Below are positions 8,968-17,189 of a DNA stretch of 33,916 bases, piece by piece. The stretch is taken from positions 1-33,916 of the forward strand of contig DASQKC010000031.1 of NCBI GenBank assembly GCA_035630755.1, read 5' to 3'. Within the stretch, counting starts at the first letter, position 1; the number at the start of each line of letters is the position of its first letter. The DNA is from Actinomycetota bacterium (lineage in GTDB: Bacteria > Actinomycetota > UBA4738 > HRBIN12). The notes under the pieces were generated by a model that was not told the origin of the DNA, did not search any database, and was given only the letters and a program-made list of their open reading frames with translations. The translations under genes and the position numbers were made by a program.

Positions 8968-10410
8968 TCACCCTCCCCGGAGGGCTCGGTCTCGGACGTA
9001 CACGGCGCCTGCGTCGGTCTCGGTCACCCTGCGCCAGCCCTCGGCATCCTGGAGCGCCTCGCGCAGGCCGGAGGCCTGGTCCGCCTCGAGCAGCAGCGCC
9101 CCGACGTCGGCCCGGTCGAGGATGGCCTCCCACCCGTCGGCGCCGGCCGAGACACGGAAGTAGTCGTCCCACACCTCGGCCGGGAACAGCTCGACCCGCG
9201 AGTCCACCATGTACCGGAACCCGGGCGCGGACAGCTCGGCCCACGACGCGTGGAGCTGGGATGCGAACACGTTGGACCCGGCCGGGGCCGCGTCGCGCAG
9301 CACCGCCACCAGGTCTTCCGGTGCGAACGACAGCATCCGCGGCGCGCCGGTCCGCTCGTCCACCCCGCGCGCGCCCACGAACGCGATGATCGCGACGACG
9401 CAGCAGACCGCCGCGAGGATGGTGGCCGGCGTCGTCGAGCGACCATCTGCGTCGTCACGCAGGTGCTCGGTCCCCCGGACGAGCACGCCGGCGATCACGA
9501 CCGGGGCGACGATGGCCCACCACACGACCGCACGCACGGCGACCGCGGACGCTCCGGCGAAGACGGCGAGCTCGACCAGGTCGATGGGACGGACCCCTCG
9601 GCGGAACACGAGCAGGGCCCCGGCGACGACCACGACCGAGGCGACGAAGAGGACGCCGGACGCCGACCCGAGCGAGGGCGGCGCCCACTCCCCGATGTGC
9701 TCGGCGACCACGGGGTCCGTCGCGAGCTCGACCACGTACGCCCAGACCGACGGCCCGAACGGGGTGAGAGCGGTGGCGAGGAGGCTCAGCGCCCCGACGC
9801 CCACGAGGCGACGCCTCGAGGCGCGATCGTGCCGGTCCTCCAGGAGGGCGAGGCCGAGGAGGACCAGGACGATCGGGAAGCTCCCGTGCAGGTTCACCAC
9901 CACGAGCGTGAGGAGGGGGATGCACCACACACGCCCGGGCGACCCAGCGCGCGATGCGAGCACCCAGACCACCGCCGCCACGGCCGTCGTCGCGACGAGC
10001 TGTGGCCGGAGCTGCGTCATCACCGGGGCGGCGACGGCCCAGCCGGCGAGCGCGAGGAGGGCCGCGCCCATCGGCGCGGCACCGCGCGACCGGCACGCGG
10101 CGTAGACGAACCAGACCGTGAGCCCGACCAGCGCGCCGCGGAGCAGGTCGAGGCCCGCCCATCCCCCGACACGGAACGCGGATCCCAGCAGGACCTGCGC
10201 GCCCCACTGCTGATCGAACCATGGCTGGCCGTCCATCGTGTACGTGAACGTGTCGGTGCGAGGTACCGCCGCGTGGTCGAGCGCCCCCTCACCCGCCCTG
10301 ATCTGGTAGGCGAGGTCGAGGGCCTGCGTCGGCGCCATCCACGTCAGCGCCACCGGGATCGCGACGGCGATCAGCGCCCACGCGACCGAGGCCGGCACAC
10401 GAACCGTCAC
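8968..10410 (-). CDS. Polytopic membrane protein, uncharacterised family, 'paralog B' (putative GT-C-like)
   Basis: This is track ORF 8968..10662 trimmed to the GTG at 10410, because the upstream 84 codons overlap the GT87-like gene. The GTG overlaps that gene's TGA (GTGA). It has the same motif set as paralog A: DLAY, DTFTYT..GQPWFDQQWGAQ, RPQL, NLHGSF, GEWAPPSL, RAVVWW and ELFPAEVW. Confidence 0.8.
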   Translation of the reverse strand: MTVRVPASVAWALIAVAIPVALTWMAPTQALDLAYQIRAGEGALDHAAVPRTDTFTYTMDGQPWFDQQWGAQVLLGSAFRVGGWAGLDLLRGALVGLTVWFVYAACRSRGAAPMGAALLALAGWAVAAPVMTQLRPQLVATTAVAAVVWVLASRAGSPGRVWCIPLLTLVVVNLHGSFPIVLVLLGLALLEDRHDRASRRRLVGVGALSLLATALTPFGPSVWAYVVELATDPVVAEHIGEWAPPSLGSASGVLFVASVVVVAGALLVFRRGVRPIDLVELAVFAGASAVAVRAVVWWAIVAPVVIAGVLVRGTEHLRDDADGRSTTPATILAAVCCVVAIIAFVGARGVDERTGAPRMLSFAPEDLVAVLRDAAPAGSNVFASQLHASWAELSAPGFRYMVDSRVELFPAEVWDDYFRVSAGADGWEAILDRADVGALLLEADQASGLREALQDAEGWRRVTETDAGAVYVRDRALRGG

Positions 10411-11543
10411 GTGGCCGGCTCCCGCCGCTCGAGCAGCCACGCGACCGGGATCGCGACCACGCAGATCGCGCGGACGATGGACAGGGCCTGCAGGGTCCGG
10501 ATGTCGCCCGCGATCTCCCAGTAGACGAGGAACGACGCCGCGGCGAGGACGCCGGCCACGACGGTCGCGGCGGTCGCGACGACGCGTCGCCGTTCCACCG
10601 CCGCGATGGCCATCCACGGGACGATCCACGCGACGTACTGCGCGGACGCGACCGGCGAACACGCGATCAGCGCCGCCACCGCGGCAGCGGCCGGCATGCC
10701 TTCGACCACCGCGTCATCGCGCGAGCGCGAGCGCCACCAGACGGCGACGAGGGCGACCGCCGTCGCTCCCCGCAGGGCCCAGGCGGCGGCGTCGGAGATG
10801 GACCCCACGCGCATCGTCCCCAGCTCGAACCGCGGGCTCTCGGCCCCCAACAACGCGACCACCGACCCGACCGTGCTCTCGATGTGCCACCCCTGGGCGC
10901 CCCGGAACGTCGTCACGTACCGGACGGCGTCGATCCCGCCCACCGCGATCCACACGAGGAGTCCCGCCGCCGCGATGCCCAGCAACAGGAGGGCGGCGCG
11001 TCGGCCAGCCCGGCGCCAGAGGACCGGGAGGAGGACGATCGGCCAGAGCTTGAAGAGCAGAGCCGCGGCGAACACGGCGGCGGCGGTCCGGCGCCAGCCC
11101 GCCGTGGCGAGTCCGAAGGACGCCAGGACCATCACGACGGACACCATGTCCAGCCGGAAGATCATGAAGACCTGGAGCGGGAGCGCGATCGCGAGGTAGG
11201 CACGACCGGCGCGCTCGCCGAACCACCGACGCACCATCCAGAAGGCGAGGACGTCGCACGTGGCGGCGATGGCGACGACGCGGACGGCGGCCTGGGACAA
11301 CGAGGTGTCGAGGACCCCGCGGATCAACAGGGCCTCCAGCGGCATGTACTCGACGGGGACGTCGCGGTACAGCGTTCCGGGCGCCGTGGCGATCTCGACG
11401 AAACGCGCCACGTCGTCGCCGACGGCCTCGACGGGGTGGAACGCGAGGACCGCGAGCCACACCAGTCCGTGTGCGACGAGCAGCGCCCACGTGAGGAGGT
11501 CCGGCCGCCGCGCGTGTGCTGGGACGGTGTGGTCGGCCTCCAC
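10407..11543 (-). CDS. GT87/DUF2029-like (PimE-type) polyprenyl-phosphate-sugar-dependent GT-C glycosyltransferase
   Basis: This is the C-terminal 379 codons of track ORF 10407..11927. It is polytopic, with LYRDVPVEYMPL in the first loop (the DUF2029-type Y.D...EYPP-like motif) and LLFKLWP. The part of the track ORF upstream of the GTG at 11543 is antisense to the arsR gene and was rejected. Confidence 0.7.
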   Translation of the reverse strand: MEADHTVPAHARRPDLLTWALLVAHGLVWLAVLAFHPVEAVGDDVARFVEIATAPGTLYRDVPVEYMPLEALLIRGVLDTSLSQAAVRVVAIAATCDVLAFWMVRRWFGERAGRAYLAIALPLQVFMIFRLDMVSVVMVLASFGLATAGWRRTAAAVFAAALLFKLWPIVLLPVLWRRAGRRAALLLLGIAAAGLLVWIAVGGIDAVRYVTTFRGAQGWHIESTVGSVVALLGAESPRFELGTMRVGSISDAAAWALRGATAVALVAVWWRSRSRDDAVVEGMPAAAAVAALIACSPVASAQYVAWIVPWMAIAAVERRRVVATAATVVAGVLAAASFLVYWEIAGDIRTLQALSIVRAICVVAIPVAWLLERREPAT

Positions 11544-11585
11544 CCCCGGACTGTAGCCCCCGCCCCCCGCCGACCGTGGACCCGC

Positions 11586-11618
11586 TTGACCCACCCCGAT
11601 GGTAAGTAGTAACTTACC
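11586..11618 (+). promoter_or_regulatory. Putative arsR promoter (-35 TTGACC) overlapping a 7-4-7 inverted repeat GGTAAGT-agta-ACTTACC (candidate ArsR operator)
   Basis: Read directly from the sequence: TTGACC at 11586-11591, and the palindrome at 11601-11618, ending 3 nt before the ATG at 11622. There is no room for a Shine-Dalgarno sequence, which suggests a leaderless or near-leaderless transcript. ArsR/SmtB repressors typically bind inverted repeats over their own promoters. Confidence 0.45.
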
Positions 11619-11621
11619 TTC

Positions 11622-11945
11622 ATGGAAGCGGCGGCGGTCCTGGATGCACTCGGCGATCCCACCCGTCGCCGCGTGCTCGAGCTGCTGCGCGACGATGGGG
11701 AACAGGCCGTGGGACAACTCGCGGCGAGGCTCCCCGTGTCCCGGCCCGCCGTCTCGCAGCACCTGCGTGTCCTCGAGGGCGCGGGCCTCGTGCGCGAGCG
11801 CCACGCCGGCACGCGCCACCTGTACGTCGTCGCCGACGATGGATTGGGCGCGCTCCGGGCGTACCTCGAGACCTTCTGGGACGCGGCGCTCGCCGCGTTC
11901 GCACGCGCCGCCGCTGCCGTCGATCACGAGGAGGGTCCGTCATGA
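11622..11945 (+). CDS. ArsR/SmtB-family transcriptional regulator
   Basis: The 107-aa ORF reads LGDPTRRRVLELLRDDGEQAVGQLAARLPVSRPAVSQHLRVLEGAGLV, a canonical ArsR winged HTH. Confidence 0.9.
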   Translation: MEAAAVLDALGDPTRRRVLELLRDDGEQAVGQLAARLPVSRPAVSQHLRVLEGAGLVRERHAGTRHLYVVADDGLGALRAYLETFWDAALAAFARAAAAVDHEEGPS

Positions 11946-12427
11946 ACGTGGAACCGATCCGGAAGCGCCTGCGCGTGCCCATCGAGCCGACCGACGCGTT
12001 CCGGCTCTTCACGGTGGACATGGGGTCATGGTGGCCCTACGCCACGCACTCTCGAGCGGAGGAGGAGCAGACGGTGGCGCAGGTCGTGTTCGAGGAGGGA
12101 GCGGGAGGGCGGATCTACGAGATCATGACGGACGGCACGGAGGGCTACTGGGGGACCGTGACCGCCTGGGAGCCCCCGTATCGCGTGGTCTTCGACTGGC
12201 GCCCGAACGACCGCGTGGGGCAGCCGTACACGGAGGTCGATGTCACCTTCATGCCAGGTGACGACGGCGGCACCGTCGTGGAACTGGAGCATCGGGGCTG
12301 GGAACGGCTCGGCGAGCAGGCCGAGGAAGCGAGGAAGGAGTACGCGGCCGACACCGGGTGGGGTCTCGTGTTCGATCAGGCGTTCGCCCGCGCCGCCGGC
12401 GGGTCCGACGCCCCGGCTCGGCGGTAG
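11942..12427 (+). CDS. SRPBCC/AHSA1 (Aha1-like) domain protein
   Basis: The 161-aa ORF has an ATGA overlap with arsR. Sequences such as FEEGAGGRIYE...WGTVTAWEPPYRVVFDW...VDVTF....GGTVVELEHRGWE are typical of the AHSA1/SRPBCC partners of ArsR regulators. Confidence 0.85.
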   Translation: MNVEPIRKRLRVPIEPTDAFRLFTVDMGSWWPYATHSRAEEEQTVAQVVFEEGAGGRIYEIMTDGTEGYWGTVTAWEPPYRVVFDWRPNDRVGQPYTEVDVTFMPGDDGGTVVELEHRGWERLGEQAEEARKEYAADTGWGLVFDQAFARAAGGSDAPARR

Positions 12428-12443
12428 GAGCGGGCGCCCGCGC

Positions 12444-13970
12444 TCAGGGCGCGTCGGTCTCGGTGGTGCGATCGAAGACGGTGACGACCGGCTCGTCGGC
12501 GGTCGGGATCCGTCGCGCCTCCCACCCCGGCCCGAGCACGCGGGCGAGCCACGAGTCGGTGCCCTCACCACCGACGAAGATGACGCGGTCGGCCGCCTCG
12601 ATGTCGGCTTCGATCTCGGGCACGATCGCCTCCGTCGCGTCGAGCGTCAGGTCCTTCGGCAACACCGCGACCGGACCGGTGATCGGATAGCGCGAGATCG
12701 GCGCCAAGAGGAAGGTACGCAGCTCGGGATCGCGCCGCCACGCCTCGACGTCGGACTCGGTGAACCCCGACTGCACCACCGTCAGGGACCCCTCGTCGAC
12801 CTGCGAGGCCGCGGCGGCGAGCGAGCCCCGCCAGTCCACGGAATGGTGCCGGCCGCCGAGGACGAGGATCGAGGACACGGCGAACACGAGCGCCAGGACC
12901 CTCCGCGCGTCCGCCGGGCGCACGGCGCGACCGGCGAGGCCGGCGAGCAGCGCTCCGGCGGGCGCTGCGACCGCCGCGTACCTGAGGTGGAGCACGCTCG
13001 CGGCGGAGACCGCCGAGATGAGGCAGAGCCCGCCGATGGGGACGATGAACCACGCCGCCGACAGCGCCACGAACGAACGATCGACGGGCGGGGCGACCAG
13101 CCGCCCGCCCATCCACAGCACCGCGATCCCACCCACGACGGCGGTCGAGATCATCGCCGCGGGCGTCGCCGCGGAGATGAGCCAGTCGATCGACACCGCC
13201 GCCCCCGAGGTCCACTCGGACCTGCGCTCCCACAGCTGCAGCACCTGCGCCGCCAACGGAGCCGTGAGGATCGCCAGACCGATCGCGGCCGCGGCGATCG
13301 AGGGCCATCGCACGCCGAGGGGCCCCCGCGTCCGCCGGTAGACGGCGTACACGATCCACACGGCGAGGACCGCCCCGTACAGGTAGTGGGTGTAGATGGT
13401 GAGCGCGGCGAGCGCGGCGACGCCCGTCCCGAGCAGCGCCCCGCCCCGTTCCAGCCACATGGCGAACGCCAGGGTCGCGGCGGTCGCCAGGAACAGCGCG
13501 AGCGCGTACGGCCGGTAGTCGATCGCCGCGAACGCCACCGCCGGCCACGCGACGAACACGAGCACGACGAGCCGCGCGTATTCGACGTCGAGCGCCCGTC
13601 GGGCGGCGCGGTAGAGCATGAAGGCCGTCCCCGCCGTCAGCGCCATCGACGGGAGCCGCAGCGCCCACTCGCGCTCGCCCGCCACCCGCCGGATCGCCCA
13701 GGCGAACAGGTAGTACAGCGGCGACTGGCCGTGGACCTCGAGGGCACGGTCGATGGCCTCGCGGGCACCGTCCTTCACCGCCCACCAGGTGCCGAGCTCG
13801 TCGATCCACAGGCTGGACGTGATCGGCCGGATCCACAGCGCGAGGACGACGAATGCGATGATCGCCCACAAGATGCGGGCGTGCCAGCGATCCAACGAGC
13901 TCCCCGCGTCGTCGTCGACGGCGACGGGCGTCGACGAAGCGGCCGTGCCCTCCGAGCCTGGATGGACCAC
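12444..13970 (-). CDS. GT39/PMT_2 (ArnT-like) GT-C glycosyltransferase
   Basis: The 508-aa ORF has TM1 followed by SSLWIDELGTWW, the acidic DE loop motif of the GT39/GT83 families. About 10 or more hydrophobic helices follow, then a soluble C-terminal domain of roughly 130 aa. The start is GTG. Confidence 0.75.
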   Translation of the reverse strand: MVHPGSEGTAASSTPVAVDDDAGSSLDRWHARILWAIIAFVVLALWIRPITSSLWIDELGTWWAVKDGAREAIDRALEVHGQSPLYYLFAWAIRRVAGEREWALRLPSMALTAGTAFMLYRAARRALDVEYARLVVLVFVAWPAVAFAAIDYRPYALALFLATAATLAFAMWLERGGALLGTGVAALAALTIYTHYLYGAVLAVWIVYAVYRRTRGPLGVRWPSIAAAAIGLAILTAPLAAQVLQLWERRSEWTSGAAVSIDWLISAATPAAMISTAVVGGIAVLWMGGRLVAPPVDRSFVALSAAWFIVPIGGLCLISAVSAASVLHLRYAAVAAPAGALLAGLAGRAVRPADARRVLALVFAVSSILVLGGRHHSVDWRGSLAAAASQVDEGSLTVVQSGFTESDVEAWRRDPELRTFLLAPISRYPITGPVAVLPKDLTLDATEAIVPEIEADIEAADRVIFVGGEGTDSWLARVLGPGWEARRIPTADEPVVTVFDRTTETDAP

Positions 13971-14054
13971 ATCGGCACCCTAGCCGACCCCCCATCGATG
14001 ACGCGGGTACGCTGGCGCGATCCTGTTCCGATCCGATGAAGGGAGCCCACCCCG

Positions 14055-14564
14055 ATGCCCACCGCCACGTTCGTCACCAACCGTGGTTCGTTCGTCGTGA
14101 ACCTGATGCCCGATCACGCGCCGCAGACGGTCGAGAACTTCGTCGGACTGGCCACGGGGACGAAGGAGTGGACGGACCCGCGCGACGGCGCATCGCGATC
14201 GGACGCCCTCTACCCCGGCACCATGTTCCATCGAGTCATCGACGGGTTCATGATCCAAGGAGGTGACCCGACCGGCACGGGCACGGGTGGCCCCGGCTAC
14301 ACCTTCGCGGATGAGTGCCCCCCCGACGGCCCGACCTTCAACCAGGCGGGTCGCCTCGCGATGGCCAACGCGGGCCCCGGGACCAACGGGTGCCAGTTCT
14401 TCCTGACGGTCGCCGAGACACCGTGGCTCAACGGCAAACACACGATCTTCGGCCAGGTGACCGAGGGCTACGACGTGGTCGACGCGATCTCGAAGTTGGG
14501 GACAGGAGCGATGGACCGTCCGACCGACGACGTGGTGATCGAGCGGATCGACATCGCGGACTAG
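14055..14564 (+). CDS. Cyclophilin-type peptidyl-prolyl cis-trans isomerase
   Basis: The 169-aa ORF has FHRVIDGFMIQGGDPTGTGTGGPGY...LAMANAGPGTNGCQFFLT...WLNGKHTIFGQV. A GAAGGGAG ribosome-binding site lies upstream. Confidence 0.95.
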   Translation: MPTATFVTNRGSFVVNLMPDHAPQTVENFVGLATGTKEWTDPRDGASRSDALYPGTMFHRVIDGFMIQGGDPTGTGTGGPGYTFADECPPDGPTFNQAGRLAMANAGPGTNGCQFFLTVAETPWLNGKHTIFGQVTEGYDVVDAISKLGTGAMDRPTDDVVIERIDIAD

Positions 14565-14570
14565 CGCGAC

Positions 14571-15974
14571 GTGGAGCGGCGGCGCCTCGACCACTGGGAG
14601 GTCCTGGCGTGGGTGCTGCCGGGCGTCGCGATCCTCATCGCCGCCACGGCGACCGTCGACCTGGCGTACCTGATCGAGATCGGCGACCGCATGATCGGCA
14701 GCGGCGCGATCATCCGCCGCGACGTGTTGACCTACACCGTCGCGGGCGCGCCGTGGACCAACCAGCCATGGGGTGCCTCGATCGTGCTGAGCGGGATCCA
14801 CTCGGCGGTGGGGTGGAAAGGCCTCGTGGTGTCCCGGGCCATCATCGTCTCCGTCTGCGTCGGCGCCACCTACCGGCGCACGCGTCGCGCGGGAGCGGAT
14901 CCCATCGTGGCCGGGTGCTTGGTGATGGGCGGTTTCGTCTGCGTGGCGGCCCTCCCCGGCGCGCTGGCCCTCCGGCCGCAGCTCCTGGTCGCTCCCCTGT
15001 TCGTGCTGACGTGCTGGCTGCTCGACCCCCCGCGAAGGTCCTCGGCCGCCGTCTGGGCGATCGTGCCCGTCGCGATCGTGTGGGCGAACCTCCACGGCAG
15101 CTTCGTCCTGGTTCCCCTCCTCGTAGCGATCGCGGCGATCGGAGAGCTCGTCGCACGGCGTCCGAGTGCATGGCGCCTCGTCGCCCTCTTCGCCTTGACG
15201 TGCGCCGCTCCGATCGTGTCGCCCTGGGGTACGGCGACGTATGCGTACGTCGTCGAGGTGACGACGAGCCCGATCGTGCGGGCGATCGACGAGTGGCGCC
15301 CGATCATGACCCGGTGGCCCGCCGGCGTCGCGTTCGCCGCTGCGTGCGTCGGCCTCGCCGCGATCCTGTGGCGCCGGGCGGTGCGGCCGGTCCCCCTCGA
15401 GCCCCTGCTCGCGATCGCCGTGTTCACCGTCCTGGTCCTGGTGAGCGGTCGCAACGTGGTGTGGTGGGGCTTCGTCGTCCCGCCCGCCGCCGGCATCGTG
15501 CTCGCCGGGTGGCGCGTGCCGACCCAGATCGGGAGTCGCCCGCGGCTCGTCGTCGTCGGCGTCCTCGTGGCCCTCCTGGCGATGGGCGTCCTCCGGGTGG
15601 CCGCCGCGCCGCGGGGCGAGACGCTGCTGGCCGATGTCCCGACCGATCTCACGAGCTCGCTGGCCGATCGGGTCGACGACGGCCGGATCTTCGCCGCCGA
15701 CTTCGCGGGGTGGTTCGAGTACGCCCTGCCCGGCACGCCGATGTTCGTCGATCCGCGCGTGGAGCTGTTCCCGAGCTCGGTCTGGGACGATTTCTTCGCG
15801 GTTGCGACGGCGGCGCCCGGTTGGGGAGATGTCTTGGCTCGGTGGGATGTGACCACGGTCGTGGTGGACCCGACCGTGCATCCCGACCTCGATCGTGCGC
15901 TCAAGGCGAGCGGTGACTGGGCGATGGACTACCGGGACGACCGCGGCGCGATCTTCGTGCGCGCGGGCCCCTGA
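14571..15974 (+). CDS. Polytopic membrane protein, uncharacterised family, 'paralog C' (putative GT-C-like)
   Basis: The 467-aa ORF starts 6 nt after the cyclophilin stop. It carries divergent versions of the same motifs: VDLAY, DVLTYTVAGAPWTNQPWGAS, LRPQL, ANLHGSF, DEWRP, RNVVWW and ELFPSSVWDDF. Confidence 0.8.
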   Translation: MERRRLDHWEVLAWVLPGVAILIAATATVDLAYLIEIGDRMIGSGAIIRRDVLTYTVAGAPWTNQPWGASIVLSGIHSAVGWKGLVVSRAIIVSVCVGATYRRTRRAGADPIVAGCLVMGGFVCVAALPGALALRPQLLVAPLFVLTCWLLDPPRRSSAAVWAIVPVAIVWANLHGSFVLVPLLVAIAAIGELVARRPSAWRLVALFALTCAAPIVSPWGTATYAYVVEVTTSPIVRAIDEWRPIMTRWPAGVAFAAACVGLAAILWRRAVRPVPLEPLLAIAVFTVLVLVSGRNVVWWGFVVPPAAGIVLAGWRVPTQIGSRPRLVVVGVLVALLAMGVLRVAAAPRGETLLADVPTDLTSSLADRVDDGRIFAADFAGWFEYALPGTPMFVDPRVELFPSSVWDDFFAVATAAPGWGDVLARWDVTTVVVDPTVHPDLDRALKASGDWAMDYRDDRGAIFVRAGP

Positions 15975-15986
15975 CACGGAACGACC

Positions 15987-17189
15987 ATGGACGCCGACGG
16001 ATCGAAGCGACCCACCTCCGACGTCTCGGTCGTCATGCCCTGCCTCGACGAGGCCGAGACGCTCGGCGCCTGCATCCGCGCGGCGAAGGACGGCTTGCGG
16101 GAGGCGGGGGTCGGGGGCGAGATCCTGATCGTGGACAACGGCTCGACCGACGGCTCCCCCTCGATCGCGGAGCAGCACGGCGCCCGGGTGGTGCAAGAGG
16201 AGCGACGGGGCTACGGCGCCGCGCTCCGCCGAGGCTGCGACGAGGCGACCGGTGACCTCATCATCATGGGGGATGCCGACGGCTCGTACGACTTCTCCCA
16301 GCTCGAACCCTTCGTCCGCGCGCATGGTGAGGGCGCTGACGTCATCATGGGCACGCGGATCAAGGGCACGATCTTGCCGGGCGCGATGCCCTGGAAGAAC
16401 CGGTACGTCGGCAACCCGGCGCTCACGACGCTGCTCAACGCGTTGTTCCGCACCCGGATCAGCGACGCGCACTGCGGGCTGCGTGCGGTCGACCGCGGCA
16501 CGTACCCCGACCTCGGCCTGCGATCGACCGGGATGGAGTTCGCGTCCGAGATGCTGATCAAGGCCGCGGTCGAGGGCAAGCGGATCGACGAGGTACCCAT
16601 CGTCTTCCGTCCCGACGGGCGCTCACGGCCGCCGCACCTGCGCCCGTGGCGAGACGGGTGGCGTCACCTCAAGCTCATCCTGCTGTTCAGCCCGAGCGCG
16701 TTGTTCCTGGTGCCCGGGCTGATCCTCATGCTGGCGGGGCTCACGCTGCTGACGCTCCAACTCGTTGCCCCCCCGGAGGCCCCCCTGGAGATCGGTGCCC
16801 TCCGCATGGACTTCCACTGGGCCGTGCTCGGCATGCTCATGGTGCTGGTCGGCTACCAGGTCATCGTCGTGAACTACTTCGCGAAGGTCTACGCCGTGAC
16901 GCACGGGATGCGGCGTGCCGACCCACGCCTCGAAAGGGCCTTCGGGGTGCTGACCCTCGAACGGGTCCTGGTGCTCGCCGTGCTCTGCGTCGCGGTCGGC
17001 CTCGTCGTGATCGGGGTCGTCGTGAACGCGTGGATCTCGAACGACCTCGGCAGACTGACGGCCGCGTCGACGCGACAGTTCATCTTCGGCGCGATGCTGG
17101 TCGCCGTCGGGACCCAGACGTTCTTCAACGCCTTCTTCTTCAGCATCCTCGGGGACGGCTACGAGCGCGCGCCGGGGTGGGACCGCTGA
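15987..17189 (+). CDS. GT2 polyprenyl-phosphate sugar synthase-like glycosyltransferase (DPM-synthase/GtrB-like) with 4 C-terminal TM helices
   Basis: The 400-aa ORF has VSVVMPCLDEAETL, IVDNGSTDGS, RGYGAALRRG and MGDADGSYD (a DXD motif), and AHCGLRA. Four hydrophobic helices follow residue ~235. This is the layout of polyprenyl-P-mannose/glucose synthases. Confidence 0.85.
   Translation: MDADGSKRPTSDVSVVMPCLDEAETLGACIRAAKDGLREAGVGGEILIVDNGSTDGSPSIAEQHGARVVQEERRGYGAALRRGCDEATGDLIIMGDADGSYDFSQLEPFVRAHGEGADVIMGTRIKGTILPGAMPWKNRYVGNPALTTLLNALFRTRISDAHCGLRAVDRGTYPDLGLRSTGMEFASEMLIKAAVEGKRIDEVPIVFRPDGRSRPPHLRPWRDGWRHLKLILLFSPSALFLVPGLILMLAGLTLLTLQLVAPPEAPLEIGALRMDFHWAVLGMLMVLVGYQVIVVNYFAKVYAVTHGMRRADPRLERAFGVLTLERVLVLAVLCVAVGLVVIGVVVNAWISNDLGRLTAASTRQFIFGAMLVAVGTQTFFNAFFFSILGDGYERAPGWDR

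Noticed and set aside
10411-10662. The N-terminal extension of track ORF 8968..10662, and likewise 11544..11927 of ORF 10407..11927.
   Set aside because: The extensions overlap the upstream gene (the GT87-like gene and arsR antisense, respectively). They are Arg/Gly-rich and precede the first TM helix of otherwise well-aligned paralogs. Internal GTG starts give clean coupling and sensible N-termini.
12428-12445. GC-rich imperfect hairpin GAGCG-GGCGCCCG-CGCTC between the convergent SRPBCC and GT39 stop codons. A similar weak stem lies at 17771-17783.
   Set aside because: The stem is only 5 bp perfect plus 2 bp with a bulge, and there is no U-tract. In DNA this GC-rich, such stems arise by chance, so it was not reported as a terminator.
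13980-16472. An 830-aa minus-strand ORF, the longest ORF in this region.
   Set aside because: It is antisense to the cyclophilin, paralog-C and GT2 genes, all of which have clear family motifs. Its translation is Arg/Gly/Asp/His-rich low complexity with no recognisable domain. This is the typical shadow ORF of high-GC DNA.
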